Notes: a model not told the origin generated them from the sequence alone. 64,000 nt of DNA from Candidatus Nanohaloarchaea archaeon (GCA_013343275.1 CP046106.1:448001-512000), one strand, 5' to 3'. Counted from the stretch's first letter, positions 40,586 through 49,753 are shown. Made by a program: numbers and translations.

Positions 40586-41867
40586 ACATCGACCGCATCG
40601 TTACTTCTCCAGCGAGATTACTAGTCAGGTCTTCTTCAGGATTTTCAGAGTTCTCAAGAACCCACATCAGTTTGACATATGCTAACTCCGGATGCATGTC
40701 TTCAGCTGAGATAACTCCTGCATCCCGGATTTTAAGGCCTGTATCGTAGACATCCATGTCGATTCTTCCGAACAGGCACTGGGAGGTCATTACGACAATA
40801 GTATCCTCTGCAAGTTCTTCCAGCTTCTCCAGAATTTCTTCATGATGATCGGTCTCTCCATCCTCAAGATTGTTGACCGGTAAGTGCCCGAGGCCTGTTC
40901 CCTCAAGTACAACACCATCGTAATCCTGTTCAATCAGGAAGTCGATCTCCTCAGGGCCCATTCCCGGCCTTGTCTTCAGGAAGCCCACGTTCTCGTTCAG
41001 TTCAGTATTCTTTTCGTACTCCTCACTTGAGGCCTCGAAATTTTCCTCTACCTCGCCTGTCTCGTAGTTTACTCTTCCAAGAGCTGTTTCGTTAACGGCC
41101 TCAAACGCGTCTCTCCGGGATGTATGCATTTTACGGGCCTTGTGTGGCGGCAGAATGTTGCAGTAATTGTCGCTGCTGGTTTCATGCATGCAGATTCCAA
41201 ATCCTGTAAAGTCCGTTTCTTTCAGGAACTTTGATGCGCAGTACATGTTCATTGCTGCGTCGCTGGAAGGCCTGTCCGAGGATCTCTGCGATCCAACAAT
41301 CATGACGCCTGTGTCGATGTTCTGAAGCATAAGGCTGAGAGCTGCTCCTGTGTAGGCCATTGTATCAGTTCCGTGGCCTAGAATTATTCCGTCGTAGCTG
41401 TCTTTTTCTTCATCTATTTTTTCGGCAATCTGCTGCCAGTGAGCCGGCTCCATGTCTTCTGAAAACATCTGGGCCACGACCTTGCTGTGGATATTCACTT
41501 CATCGGCCAGTTCCGGGTACATTTCGAGGAGATCTTCCGGGTCGAAGGCCGGTTTGACTCCTCCTTCTTCGTATGATACTCTGGAGGCTATTGTTCCGCC
41601 CGTGTGTAGAATTAGTATTTCGGGCCTGTCTTCGTTGTGTTCTATTTCTCGGCCTTTTCTTTCGGAAGATTCGTTTTTCTCTACTAGTTCGATGTTTTCT
41701 GGTTCGAGGCCTATGTTGTATCCTGAGTCCAGTTTAAGCACTATTACTTCAGGGTCGCCGCTTTCTGGTTTCGGCATCAGTCGGCCTTCTCTATCGTTTA
41801 CTTTTACTGTGTCGCCGACTTCAATGTTGTTCTCTTCCAGCTGGGCCTGTATCTGTTCAGAATACAT
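40575..41867 (-). CDS. gatD: Glu-tRNA(Gln) amidotransferase subunit D
   Basis: KLDSGYNIG, TGGTIAS, HGTDT, GSQRSSDRPSSD. Confidence 0.96.
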   Translation of the reverse strand: MYSEQIQAQLEENNIEVGDTVKVNDREGRLMPKPESGDPEVIVLKLDSGYNIGLEPENIELVEKNESSERKGREIEHNEDRPEILILHTGGTIASRVSYEEGGVKPAFDPEDLLEMYPELADEVNIHSKVVAQMFSEDMEPAHWQQIAEKIDEEKDSYDGIILGHGTDTMAYTGAALSLMLQNIDTGVMIVGSQRSSDRPSSDAAMNMYCASKFLKETDFTGFGICMHETSSDNYCNILPPHKARKMHTSRRDAFEAVNETALGRVNYETGEVEENFEASSEEYEKNTELNENVGFLKTRPGMGPEEIDFLIEQDYDGVVLEGTGLGHLPVNNLEDGETDHHEEILEKLEELAEDTIVVMTSQCLFGRIDMDVYDTGLKIRDAGVISAEDMHPELAYVKLMWVLENSENPEEDLTSNLAGEVTMRSMYDE

Positions 41868-41983
41868 CTGAAACTGGTTGGAATATGAAAGCTTAATAAT
41901 CTAAACGGAGCCGGCGTTTTTTCTGGCCCGTTTTATAAAGTTTGCATCGGCATTGTTCTAGTATAAAAGGTGAAAATCACTTT

Positions 41984-43306
41984 ATGAAAGTTTACACACT
42001 TGGCGGTTATGAAGAAGTTGGAAAGAACATGACTGCCGTTGAAGTTGACGGAGAAGTAGTTATATTCGACATGGGTTATGATATGGAGAGCGTTGTCTCT
42101 TCTGAAGGCCAGGTCGATGAGATGACCACAAATCAGAGTCTAGATATTGGTGCAGTCCCTGAGGACGAACCAGTTCTGGATAAAAACGTTGTAGGAATTG
42201 TAATTGGTCACGGACACCTTGACCACGTTGGCGGCATTCCAAAGCTCGCCGGCAGTCACGACTGTCCTATCTACTGTACTCCATACACAGGTAAAATCGT
42301 AGAAAGAATGATCGAAGACGATCGCAAGAATGTCGACAACCAGTTGATTACACTGGACAAGGGAGAGGAAATGGAGATCTCAGGCAAGTTCACACTTGAA
42401 TTTGCTCACGTCAACCACTCAATCCCTGACGCAACACTATCTCTACTGGACACTCCAGAAGGATACGTTGTGTACGGTAACGACATGAAGATCGACAGAA
42501 GTCCAGTCATCGAGGAGACAACCGATGTCGAGAGACTGAAAGAAGTCGGAGAAGAGGGCGTAGAACTAATGATTCCAGGAACCACACGAGTAGACGAACC
42601 TGGACGGGCCCGTTCCGAGAAATCTGTTGAAGTAGAGCTCGAAGACGTACTGAACTCCTGCTACCAGGCAGGCGGAGCAGTAATCATGTCCACCTTCTCC
42701 AGCCAGATCAGCAGGCTGAACTCAATCATCGAGGCTAACAACGGACGCAGAAAGATCGCGTTTGTAGGAAGAAGCCTCAAGGAATACGTCGAGTCAGCAG
42801 AGGAACTAGGCCTTATCGACACAGGCCAGATTGAGGTAGTTTCCTACTTCGACGAATGTGACGAACTTATGAGCCGTGTTGACGGCGAGAGAAATGAGTG
42901 GCTTGTCGTTGCGACAGGAAACCAGGGAGAGAAAGGCGCACAGCTCGACAAGATCGCATCCGGAACATACGGATTCGACTTCGAGGAAGGCGACCACGTA
43001 ATCTTCTCCTCACAGGTAATTCCTTCACCAGTCAACGAAGCCAACCGCTACGAACTGGAGAAGAAGATGGAGGAGAAAGGAGTCAGAATCTATCCTGGTA
43101 TCCACACCACCGGCCACGCCCACAAGGAAGATCACAGAGACTTCATCCACTTCCTCCAGCCTAACAACATCATCCCAAGCCACGGAACAATCCAGAAGCT
43201 GGGCGACTACGTAGAACTCGCAAGAGAGGAAGACTACAGTCTAGGCGACGACGTCTTCGTCAGCGAGAACGGGAAGTGCATCGATCTAGAAGAAGCAAGC
43301 CTCTAA
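41984..43306 (+). CDS. rnj: Ribonuclease J (beta-CASP)
   Basis: GGYEEVGKNMT, HGHLDH, HSIPD, TGNQGE, HTTGHA, PSHG. Confidence 0.94.
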   Translation: MKVYTLGGYEEVGKNMTAVEVDGEVVIFDMGYDMESVVSSEGQVDEMTTNQSLDIGAVPEDEPVLDKNVVGIVIGHGHLDHVGGIPKLAGSHDCPIYCTPYTGKIVERMIEDDRKNVDNQLITLDKGEEMEISGKFTLEFAHVNHSIPDATLSLLDTPEGYVVYGNDMKIDRSPVIEETTDVERLKEVGEEGVELMIPGTTRVDEPGRARSEKSVEVELEDVLNSCYQAGGAVIMSTFSSQISRLNSIIEANNGRRKIAFVGRSLKEYVESAEELGLIDTGQIEVVSYFDECDELMSRVDGERNEWLVVATGNQGEKGAQLDKIASGTYGFDFEEGDHVIFSSQVIPSPVNEANRYELEKKMEEKGVRIYPGIHTTGHAHKEDHRDFIHFLQPNNIIPSHGTIQKLGDYVELAREEDYSLGDDVFVSENGKCIDLEEASL

Positions 43307-43320
43307 AAATAGAGGCCTTT

Positions 43321-43797
43321 CTACTTCCCCCATTTTACTTTACTTCCTTCTTCAATCGAATAGTTATCAGCAAAACCAGCATTTACTTCTATAACATACT
43401 TTGCAGGCCTCTCGCTGCGGTAAAGCTTTAGATTCTCCTCAGAAGTATTTGGCTGAGGGTATGCTGTTTCAATATTGATAATCTCTCTATCAGAGTTCAG
43501 AAACATCATATCCAGCGGGATATATGTGTTTTTCATCCAGAAAGCTCTAGGAGCTTCCTTCTTGAAGACAAAAAGCATTCCCTGATGCCGGCCCAATTCT
43601 TTCCTGTACATAAGGCCTCTCTCCCTCTCGGAAGAATTATCAGCTATCTCCAGGACAGCCCATGCACCGCTGGAACCTGCAAAACTTGCATTAACTGTCT
43701 CAACAGTGCTGGCATCCTGTTTATCGCCAGTTGATGATACGAGAACCCCTGTAGCTATCAGCGAAAGGCCTATCAAGAAAACTATTTTCCTGTCCAT
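43321..43797 (-). CDS. DUF192 family protein
   Basis: ERERGLMYR, GMLFVF, FWMKNT..PLD, YVIEVNAG. Confidence 0.9.
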   Translation of the reverse strand: MDRKIVFLIGLSLIATGVLVSSTGDKQDASTVETVNASFAGSSGAWAVLEIADNSSERERGLMYRKELGRHQGMLFVFKKEAPRAFWMKNTYIPLDMMFLNSDREIINIETAYPQPNTSEENLKLYRSERPAKYVIEVNAGFADNYSIEEGSKVKWGK

Positions 43798-43857
43798 AGT
43801 ACCTGTTTCTGACTTCTGGGATAAATAAACTAAATGTAACTCCCACAGAATTCTTTG

Positions 43858-45270
43858 ATGGCCTCAATAATTCTGCCTAACCAGTTGTTTGAGAACCCTG
43901 TTGACGAGAGCAAGAAATACCTTATCGAGCACAGCAGATACTTCACTGACTTCAACTTCCACAAAAAGAAACTGATCCTACACCGGGCTTCAATGAAGGC
44001 CTACGCAGAGAAATTCGACGTCGAATACATAGAATACAACGAAGATATCGCAGAAATTTTCCAGAAAGAAGACAGAATCCGAATGTACGACCCTGTAGAC
44101 CACAAACTCAGGAACCAGTTAGAGGCCTTAGCGGAGAAACACGATACAGAACTGGTTTTCGAGGAGAATTCTGGATTTATGGCCTCCATGGAGTTCAACC
44201 GTGAATACTTCGAGAGCCACGAATACTTCCAATTAAACTACTACAAACGGATGCGGAAAAAGTTCAACGTCCTAGTTGACGAGAATGGAAAGCCTGAAGG
44301 CGGAAAATGGAGCTTCGACCCGGAAAACAGGAAAAAGATGCCGGAAGATATAGAGAAGCCGGAAATACCGCAGTTCTCATCCCAACATGTCGAAGAAGCG
44401 AAGGCCTACATCGAAGAAAACTTTTCGGACAATCCCGGAAAGATTGAAGACTTCTTCTGGCCGGTGACGCGGGAACAGGCCTTGGAGAACCTGGAAGACT
44501 TTCTTGAAAACCGTCTGGAGAAGTTCGGGTATTACCAGGATGCGATCGACTCCGACCTAAAGTTTGGCTTCCACTCACTGCTTTCCTCATCGATCAACAT
44601 TGGGCTGATTACACCGGAGGAAGTTGTCGAGAAGACCCTGGAGGCGCATGAGGAAAATGATTATCCTATGAATTCTCTGGAGGGTTTTCTGCGGCAGATC
44701 ATCGGTTGGAGAGAATTCATCCGGGCGATGTACATGCTGGAGCCAGAGATGCGGGAGGCGAACTTCTGGGACGCGGATAACTCGATGCCTGAGGAGTTTT
44801 ACACCGGTGATACAGGCCTTCCGCCTGTGGATGATTCGATTCAGCATGCTTTGGATGATGCGTACTGCCATCATATCGAGCGGTTGATGGTTTTGGGTAA
44901 CGTGATGCTGTTGCTGGAGATCGATCCTGACGAGGTCTACGACTGGTTCATGGAGATGTTCATCGACTCATACGACTGGGTGATGGTGCCGAACATCTAC
45001 GGCATGAGCCAGTACAGCTGGGAAAACATGATGACCAAACCCTACATCTCCTCCAGTAACTACATCAACAAAATGTCACATTACGAGGGCGGCGAATGGG
45101 AAAACCACTGGGACGGCCTCTACTGGAACTTCATCAACAAGCATGAGGAGAAGATTGGAGATATTCAGCGGATGAGCTTCATGACTTCGACCTTGAACAG
45201 GATGAACGATGAGACCGTCGAGGATCATCTGGAGAATGCAGAAGAATATAAGGAAAGTCTAAATTTTTAG
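43858..45270 (+). CDS. Cryptochrome/photolyase-related protein (PhrB/CryB-like)
   Basis: FHKKKL..HRASM, PEGGKWSFD.ENRK, EGFLRQIIGWREF, HHIERLM, KPYISSSNYI. Confidence 0.92.
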   Translation: MASIILPNQLFENPVDESKKYLIEHSRYFTDFNFHKKKLILHRASMKAYAEKFDVEYIEYNEDIAEIFQKEDRIRMYDPVDHKLRNQLEALAEKHDTELVFEENSGFMASMEFNREYFESHEYFQLNYYKRMRKKFNVLVDENGKPEGGKWSFDPENRKKMPEDIEKPEIPQFSSQHVEEAKAYIEENFSDNPGKIEDFFWPVTREQALENLEDFLENRLEKFGYYQDAIDSDLKFGFHSLLSSSINIGLITPEEVVEKTLEAHEENDYPMNSLEGFLRQIIGWREFIRAMYMLEPEMREANFWDADNSMPEEFYTGDTGLPPVDDSIQHALDDAYCHHIERLMVLGNVMLLLEIDPDEVYDWFMEMFIDSYDWVMVPNIYGMSQYSWENMMTKPYISSSNYINKMSHYEGGEWENHWDGLYWNFINKHEEKIGDIQRMSFMTSTLNRMNDETVEDHLENAEEYKESLNF

Positions 45271-45304
45271 AAAAATACTTAGGATTTAGTGAGGAAGGAT
45301 CATT

Positions 45305-45613
45305 ATGCCACTAGACGCCTTCAAAGACGATGATGTATATTTGTTGGCCTCCTCATTCATCCTAGGTTACGGAATTCTACTAGTCTTAATGGAAGGATAT
45401 CTGCTCGATTTGAGCGATGTAAATATAATTATCCAAAGCACTGCTCTGGGACTATTTTTGACAGCACTAATAGGTTTTCCCGCAAAATTCATCATTGAAG
45501 ATATTCATCACAAAAGTAAGGCAGAGAAAAAGAAGAGTAAGTTTAATGACCTATTCGAAATCTTAAGGCTATTTGGCGGCGCACTTCTCGTAGTATTAGG
45601 GATTATTTTCTAG
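45305..45613 (+). CDS. Small membrane protein (AT-rich gene)
   Basis: About three hydrophobic segments. Confidence 0.6.
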   Translation: MPLDAFKDDDVYLLASSFILGYGILLVLMEGYLLDLSDVNIIIQSTALGLFLTALIGFPAKFIIEDIHHKSKAEKKKSKFNDLFEILRLFGGALLVVLGIIF

Positions 45614-46215
45614 CGTAACTCAAAGATTTCTTCACCCTTTCTTCTCCAGTTTTTGTCTTCTTCCTTCGGGTAGCCGATCGGGAAGATCAGTATAGGCCTT
45701 TCGCTGTCCTTCAAGTCTAGTTTGTTAGATAGTTTGTCTTGGTCGAAGCCTCTTACTGGGCAGCTGCCGATTCTCTGTGTTTTGCATGCGAGCATGAAGA
45801 ATGTGGCAGGTATGACGGTGTTTCTGGTGAGCCAGCCTGTCATGAATTCGCTGCCCCTGTCTTTGTAGTCGGAGTACATTTTACGCAGGTTCTCTGCTTT
45901 CTCCTCGTCGATCCTGCCTTCCTCCAGTTTGTGCTCTAGTACCTGGTCGGCGTTCACATCTATCTCCTCGTCTCCAACCAGGACTACAATCTTGTCGGCG
46001 TATCTCACCCAGCCGTTCACCGGTATCACGGAGCTGGTGGCTTTCTCCATCGCCTCCTCGGAATCCAGAACGATGAACCTGTACGGCTGGAGGTTAAATG
46101 CTGTCGGAGCATTCGTCGTCAGGTCGAAGATCTTCTCCAGTTTTTCCCTTTCTACTTCTTCATCTGTGAACTTCTTAACTGAGGACCAGTTCTCCATCGC
46201 ATCGATCAGATCCAT
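45610..46215 (-). CDS. Nitroreductase family protein
   Basis: SVKKF, APTAFNLQP, GSCPVRGFD, IGYP. Confidence 0.88.
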   Translation of the reverse strand: MDLIDAMENWSSVKKFTDEEVEREKLEKIFDLTTNAPTAFNLQPYRFIVLDSEEAMEKATSSVIPVNGWVRYADKIVVLVGDEEIDVNADQVLEHKLEEGRIDEEKAENLRKMYSDYKDRGSEFMTGWLTRNTVIPATFFMLACKTQRIGSCPVRGFDQDKLSNKLDLKDSERPILIFPIGYPKEEDKNWRRKGEEIFELR

Positions 46216-46257
46216 TATTCTCGCCGCAGAAAGAAAAGTAAAAAGGATGGTAGGCCT

Positions 46258-46437
46258 TTATTCTGCGTAGTAGGAGCCGAAGAATCCTGAGAGGAAGGAT
46301 GCGAATCCTACTGCGTAGAGCGCCCAGATCAGGTCCTGAGTTGGTACAGCGAATGATGCTGCGTAGGTTGCTACCAGGCTGATGACTAGTGATATAAGGC
46401 CGCTTATCGCATCGTCAGTGTAGTTATCTAGTTCCAT
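46258..46437 (-). CDS. Small 2-TM membrane protein (59 aa)
   Basis: Read by hand: MELDNYTDDAISGLISLVISLVATYAASFAVPTQDLIWALYAVGFASFLSGFFGSYYAE*. Confidence 0.65.
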   Translation of the reverse strand: MELDNYTDDAISGLISLVISLVATYAASFAVPTQDLIWALYAVGFASFLSGFFGSYYAE

Positions 46438-46469
46438 GGCAATTTCTGGAGTCTTTTAACTGAAATAGG

Positions 46470-46790
46470 TTATGGTGCACCGACCGCCACAATTGTGCTC
46501 TGTGTGTCGCCGTTAACCAGTTTTCTCTCTTCGTCGGCCGATACCCTGATTGCATCTCCTTCTTCCAGCTGTACTACCTCGTTGTCTACTTCGATAGCTG
46601 CCTGGCCTTCAGTTAGAAGATAGACTTCTTCCTGGCCTTCATCTGCATGGTCATGCTCCATTCCTTCCCAACCAGGTTCTGCATCAATAACAGTTATACC
46701 TAGATTTTCGCAGTCAAGTTCATCTCGCAGGAAATGCAGTGCACCGCCTTCTGCACCTACATTCCGATAGTTTGCCTTAGAATAGCTCAT
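46470..46790 (-). CDS. Cupin domain protein
   Basis: HDH...QEEVY..GDAIRV motifs; start MSYSK. Confidence 0.88.
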   Translation of the reverse strand: MSYSKANYRNVGAEGGALHFLRDELDCENLGITVIDAEPGWEGMEHDHADEGQEEVYLLTEGQAAIEVDNEVVQLEEGDAIRVSADEERKLVNGDTQSTIVAVGAP

Positions 46791-46891
46791 TGGAGAAAAA
46801 CACCTCACAGAAACACTCCTGCTCCAAACTTAAGGCCTTTTTGGAGAAGAGATTCAGGAATTTTATATTGTCTGAGAACACAATCGTTGAC

Positions 46892-47386
46892 ATGGTTCTG
46901 GAGACTGTTTTACTGGCAACCAGTATTTCTATAGTCAAGGCCTTGGTCTTCCTGGTTTTCGCAGGTATAGCTATCAGGCTCAGCTCCGATATAATTCGGA
47001 AAGCTGCCTCACACAAGTTCTCCGAACCGGTAGTTGTCGATCTTATAACGGATTCAGGCCGTTTTCTGCTGTGGTTCTGGGCTCTTCTTATGACTATGAG
47101 CATCCTCGGGTTCTCCGGGTTAGCAGCCTCTATGGGTACGGCGGCAGGATTCGTGGCACTGGGAGTATCCTTCGCACTGAAGAATGTGATCTCCGATACC
47201 GTGGCAGGAGCCTATCTTGCTCAGGACCCTGACTTCAACTCTGGCGACCGGGTAGAGACCGACGGCAGCGAAGGAGTTATCGAGGACGTAGGCCTCCGGA
47301 AAACCCGTCTACGGCTTGACAACAGCAACCTCAGAGTTCTCAATAATACCGATGTCGAGAAGAAATGGACTTTGCTCGAGGAGTAG
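46892..47386 (+). CDS. Short MscS-family mechanosensitive channel
   Basis: LGVSFALKNVISD.VAG, FNSGDRV, GLRKT. Confidence 0.85.
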   Translation: MVLETVLLATSISIVKALVFLVFAGIAIRLSSDIIRKAASHKFSEPVVVDLITDSGRFLLWFWALLMTMSILGFSGLAASMGTAAGFVALGVSFALKNVISDTVAGAYLAQDPDFNSGDRVETDGSEGVIEDVGLRKTRLRLDNSNLRVLNNTDVEKKWTLLEE

Positions 47387-47437
47387 GTCGGGCCTTACCA
47401 CTTGTTTTATACAAATTTTTCTATCAGAACTGTATTT

Positions 47438-49105
47438 ATGGAATTAGAGGAGATAGCTCGGAAATATGCTTTGAAGAATGCTGTCGAGCACGGCGGCGAA
47501 TGCAACCCTGGAGCAGTTATCGGAAAGATTTTTGCGGAAGAAGACTTTGAGAACAAAGGAGAAGTCACAGAGGCCGCACAGGAAGTATGCCAGGAGGTAA
47601 ACAGTAGGAGTCTTGAAGAGCAGGAATCCGAGCTAGAATCCTTCGAGTTCGAGGAAGAAGAGGAGGAAGAGCATGATCCGATTCCAGATCTGACGAACGC
47701 CGATGAATACGAAGAAATAGTTGTAAGGTTTGCTCCTAACCCGAACGGGCCTCCACACATCGGTCATGCACGTGGAATGACGATCAACGGCGAGCTACGT
47801 GACAAGTACGATGGCAAACTTATTCTAAGGTACGATGATACCGATCCGGTGACTAAGAGGCCTTTGAAAGAGGCCTATGACATGTATGCTGAGGACTACG
47901 AATGGCTGGGATACGAACCTGATGAAGTGCGGTACAGTTCGAAAAACTTTGATACTTACATAGAGTACGCTGAGAAACTGATCGAGATGGGGAAGGCCTA
48001 TGTCTGCAAGTGCTCGCAGGAGGAAGGCCACGAATACCGTGAGAAAGGTGAGGCCTGCCCTCACAGAGATCAGAGCGAAGAGAAGAACATGGAACTATGG
48101 CAGGGCATGAGAAACGGCGATATAGATGAGGGCGAAGCTACCCTTAAGATCAAGACCGATATGCAGCACAAGAACCCTGCGATAAGAGACTTCGTAGCCT
48201 TCAGAATCATCGATGACGCAGAACACCCTATCACCGGTGACAAGTACCGGGTATGGCCTCTGCTGGACTTCCAGGGCGCGATCGAAGACCATGTAATGGG
48301 CACGACCCATATTGTCCGAGGTAAGGAGCTGCGGGCATCGACAAAAAGACAGAAGTTTATCTACGACTACCTTGGCTGGGACTATCCTCACATCCAGTAC
48401 TGGGGCAATGTAAAGATCTCGGGATTCGAAGCTCCTGTAAGCACTTCAACACTTACAGAGATGATGGAGAACGGCGAGCTTGATGGATGGGATGATCCAC
48501 GTGCCCCGACACTTAGAGCGCTGCGGAAGAGAGGATTCCAGCCGGAGGCACTTCAGAACTTCTACATCGAGATGGGAGTCTCCGAGAAAGATATCGAGGC
48601 CAGTACAGAAACACTGGAATCACACAACCGTAAAATTGTAGATGACGGGGCCGAGAGAAGGTTTTTCGTGGAGAATCCTGTAGAGCTGGAGATTTCAGGA
48701 ATTCCAGAAGACATAGAACCTCACATGGCCCGCCACCCTGATCAGGACTGGGGAACGCGGAGCTTCGACCTTGAGAGAGATGACGGCACAGTTACAGTGC
48801 TTGTAGAGGAGAACGACCTTGAAGACGGTTTCCTCAGGTTAAAAGGCCTCTGCAATATCGAAATCCAGGGAGAGACTGCAGAGTACCGAGAGGGAGACCA
48901 TACCGAGGCGCTGGATAGAGATGCCAGCATAGTTCACTGGGTTCCAGCAAGTGCAGAAAAGGCCCGGGTTTTCATGCCGGACGGCAGAGAGATCGAAGGC
49001 CGTATAGAGCCTTCAGAGTACGAGAATGATACGGTCTACCAGTTCGAGAGGTTCGGTTTTGTTAGGTGCGAGGAAGAAGGAGAGTTCTACTTCGCCCACG
49101 AGTAA
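47438..49105 (+). CDS. gltX: Glutamate--tRNA ligase (archaeal, probably non-discriminating)
   Basis: RFAPNPNGPPHIGH, DDTDP, THIVRGKE, GWDDPR, QFERFGF. Confidence 0.96.
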   Translation: MELEEIARKYALKNAVEHGGECNPGAVIGKIFAEEDFENKGEVTEAAQEVCQEVNSRSLEEQESELESFEFEEEEEEEHDPIPDLTNADEYEEIVVRFAPNPNGPPHIGHARGMTINGELRDKYDGKLILRYDDTDPVTKRPLKEAYDMYAEDYEWLGYEPDEVRYSSKNFDTYIEYAEKLIEMGKAYVCKCSQEEGHEYREKGEACPHRDQSEEKNMELWQGMRNGDIDEGEATLKIKTDMQHKNPAIRDFVAFRIIDDAEHPITGDKYRVWPLLDFQGAIEDHVMGTTHIVRGKELRASTKRQKFIYDYLGWDYPHIQYWGNVKISGFEAPVSTSTLTEMMENGELDGWDDPRAPTLRALRKRGFQPEALQNFYIEMGVSEKDIEASTETLESHNRKIVDDGAERRFFVENPVELEISGIPEDIEPHMARHPDQDWGTRSFDLERDDGTVTVLVEENDLEDGFLRLKGLCNIEIQGETAEYREGDHTEALDRDASIVHWVPASAEKARVFMPDGREIEGRIEPSEYENDTVYQFERFGFVRCEEEGEFYFAHE

Positions 49106-49217
49106 AAGAAGGCCTTTTGACTTGAAAGTAGTATCGGAGGAGAATACAACTTCTCCTCTACAGATTTACTTATTACCCTCCTTCCCTCATTAATGTTCAC
49201 GGGGGAGGTGGATAATT

Positions 49218-49361
49218 CTGAAGACCGAAGTCGACAGGTTAGGCCTCTGCGTTATCTGCGGAGATAGAGTCCACAGCCAGGAAGACTACCTGCAAGCATC
49301 CGAAGGCTACTGTCACCAGAGCTGCGTAAACAATACTCGTATAGTAGAAGCTGAGGCCTAA
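49218..49361 (+). CDS. Small zinc-finger protein (CxxC...CHxxC), 47 aa, probable CTG start
   Basis: Read by hand: (M)KTEVDRLGLCVICGDRVHSQEDYLQASEGYCHQSCVNNTRIVEAEA*. GGGGGAGGTG SD 7 nt upstream; paralog at 10544. Confidence 0.72.
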   Translation: MKTEVDRLGLCVICGDRVHSQEDYLQASEGYCHQSCVNNTRIVEAEA

Positions 49362-49423
49362 CAGCGAAGAAAAAACCACAAACACTTTCTTTTTCTTCTT
49401 TCTTAGACGGCCTTTGAAAAGTA

Positions 49424-49566
49424 TGGGAAAGCCGGGAATCGAACCCGGGACCTCTGCGTATCTCACAAACGAATTGTTTTATTTAATCATCAAGGCCTTC
49501 CGTCGGCCTCTCATTGCTCATAAAGTTGTTATGAGCGCAGCGCTCTAACCGCTGAGCTACTTTCCC
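49424..49566 (-). tRNA. tRNA with CAT anticodon (elongator Met or Ile2), 70-nt intron at 37/38 (49460-49529)
   Basis: Acceptor stem GGGAAAG/CTTTCCC, anticodon arm CTGCG-CTCATAA-CGCAG after splicing, GGTTCGATTCC T-arm. Canonical BHB with central helix CTCA/TGAG and bulges TAA and ATA. Confidence 0.93.
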
Positions 49567-49679
49567 AAACTTTGAAGCGAAGTTTGATCACGCTCGGCTC
49601 CAAAGGAACCGACTTCAGAAAGTTCCTGAACGCCACCGTAGGTGGCTTCACGCGTGCCGCACTCCGCGTTAGGAGGCGA

Positions 49680-49753
49680 TGGGTTCGCCCGGATTCGAAC
49701 CGGGGATCTCCGCCATGTCAAGGCGGTGTCATAACCAGCTAGACCACGAACCC
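49680..49753 (-). tRNA. tRNA-Val(GAC)
   Basis: GGGTTCG/CGAACCC acceptor, CCGCC-TTGACAT-GGCGG anticodon arm, GGTTCGAATCC. Confidence 0.95.

Noticed and set aside
41903-41933. Hairpin between divergent gatD and rnj
   Set aside because: A single imperfect stem with no further support for a function.
49200-49365. RNase P or SRP RNA, suggested by long-range gttaggcctc/gaggcctaac pairing
   Set aside because: Conserved RNase P and SRP motifs were not found. The region is better explained by a zinc-finger ORF, and the pairing arises from two AGGCCT sites.
49239-49466. 75-aa minus-strand ORF from the track
   Set aside because: Overlaps the tRNA 3' exon and is antisense to the zinc-finger gene.
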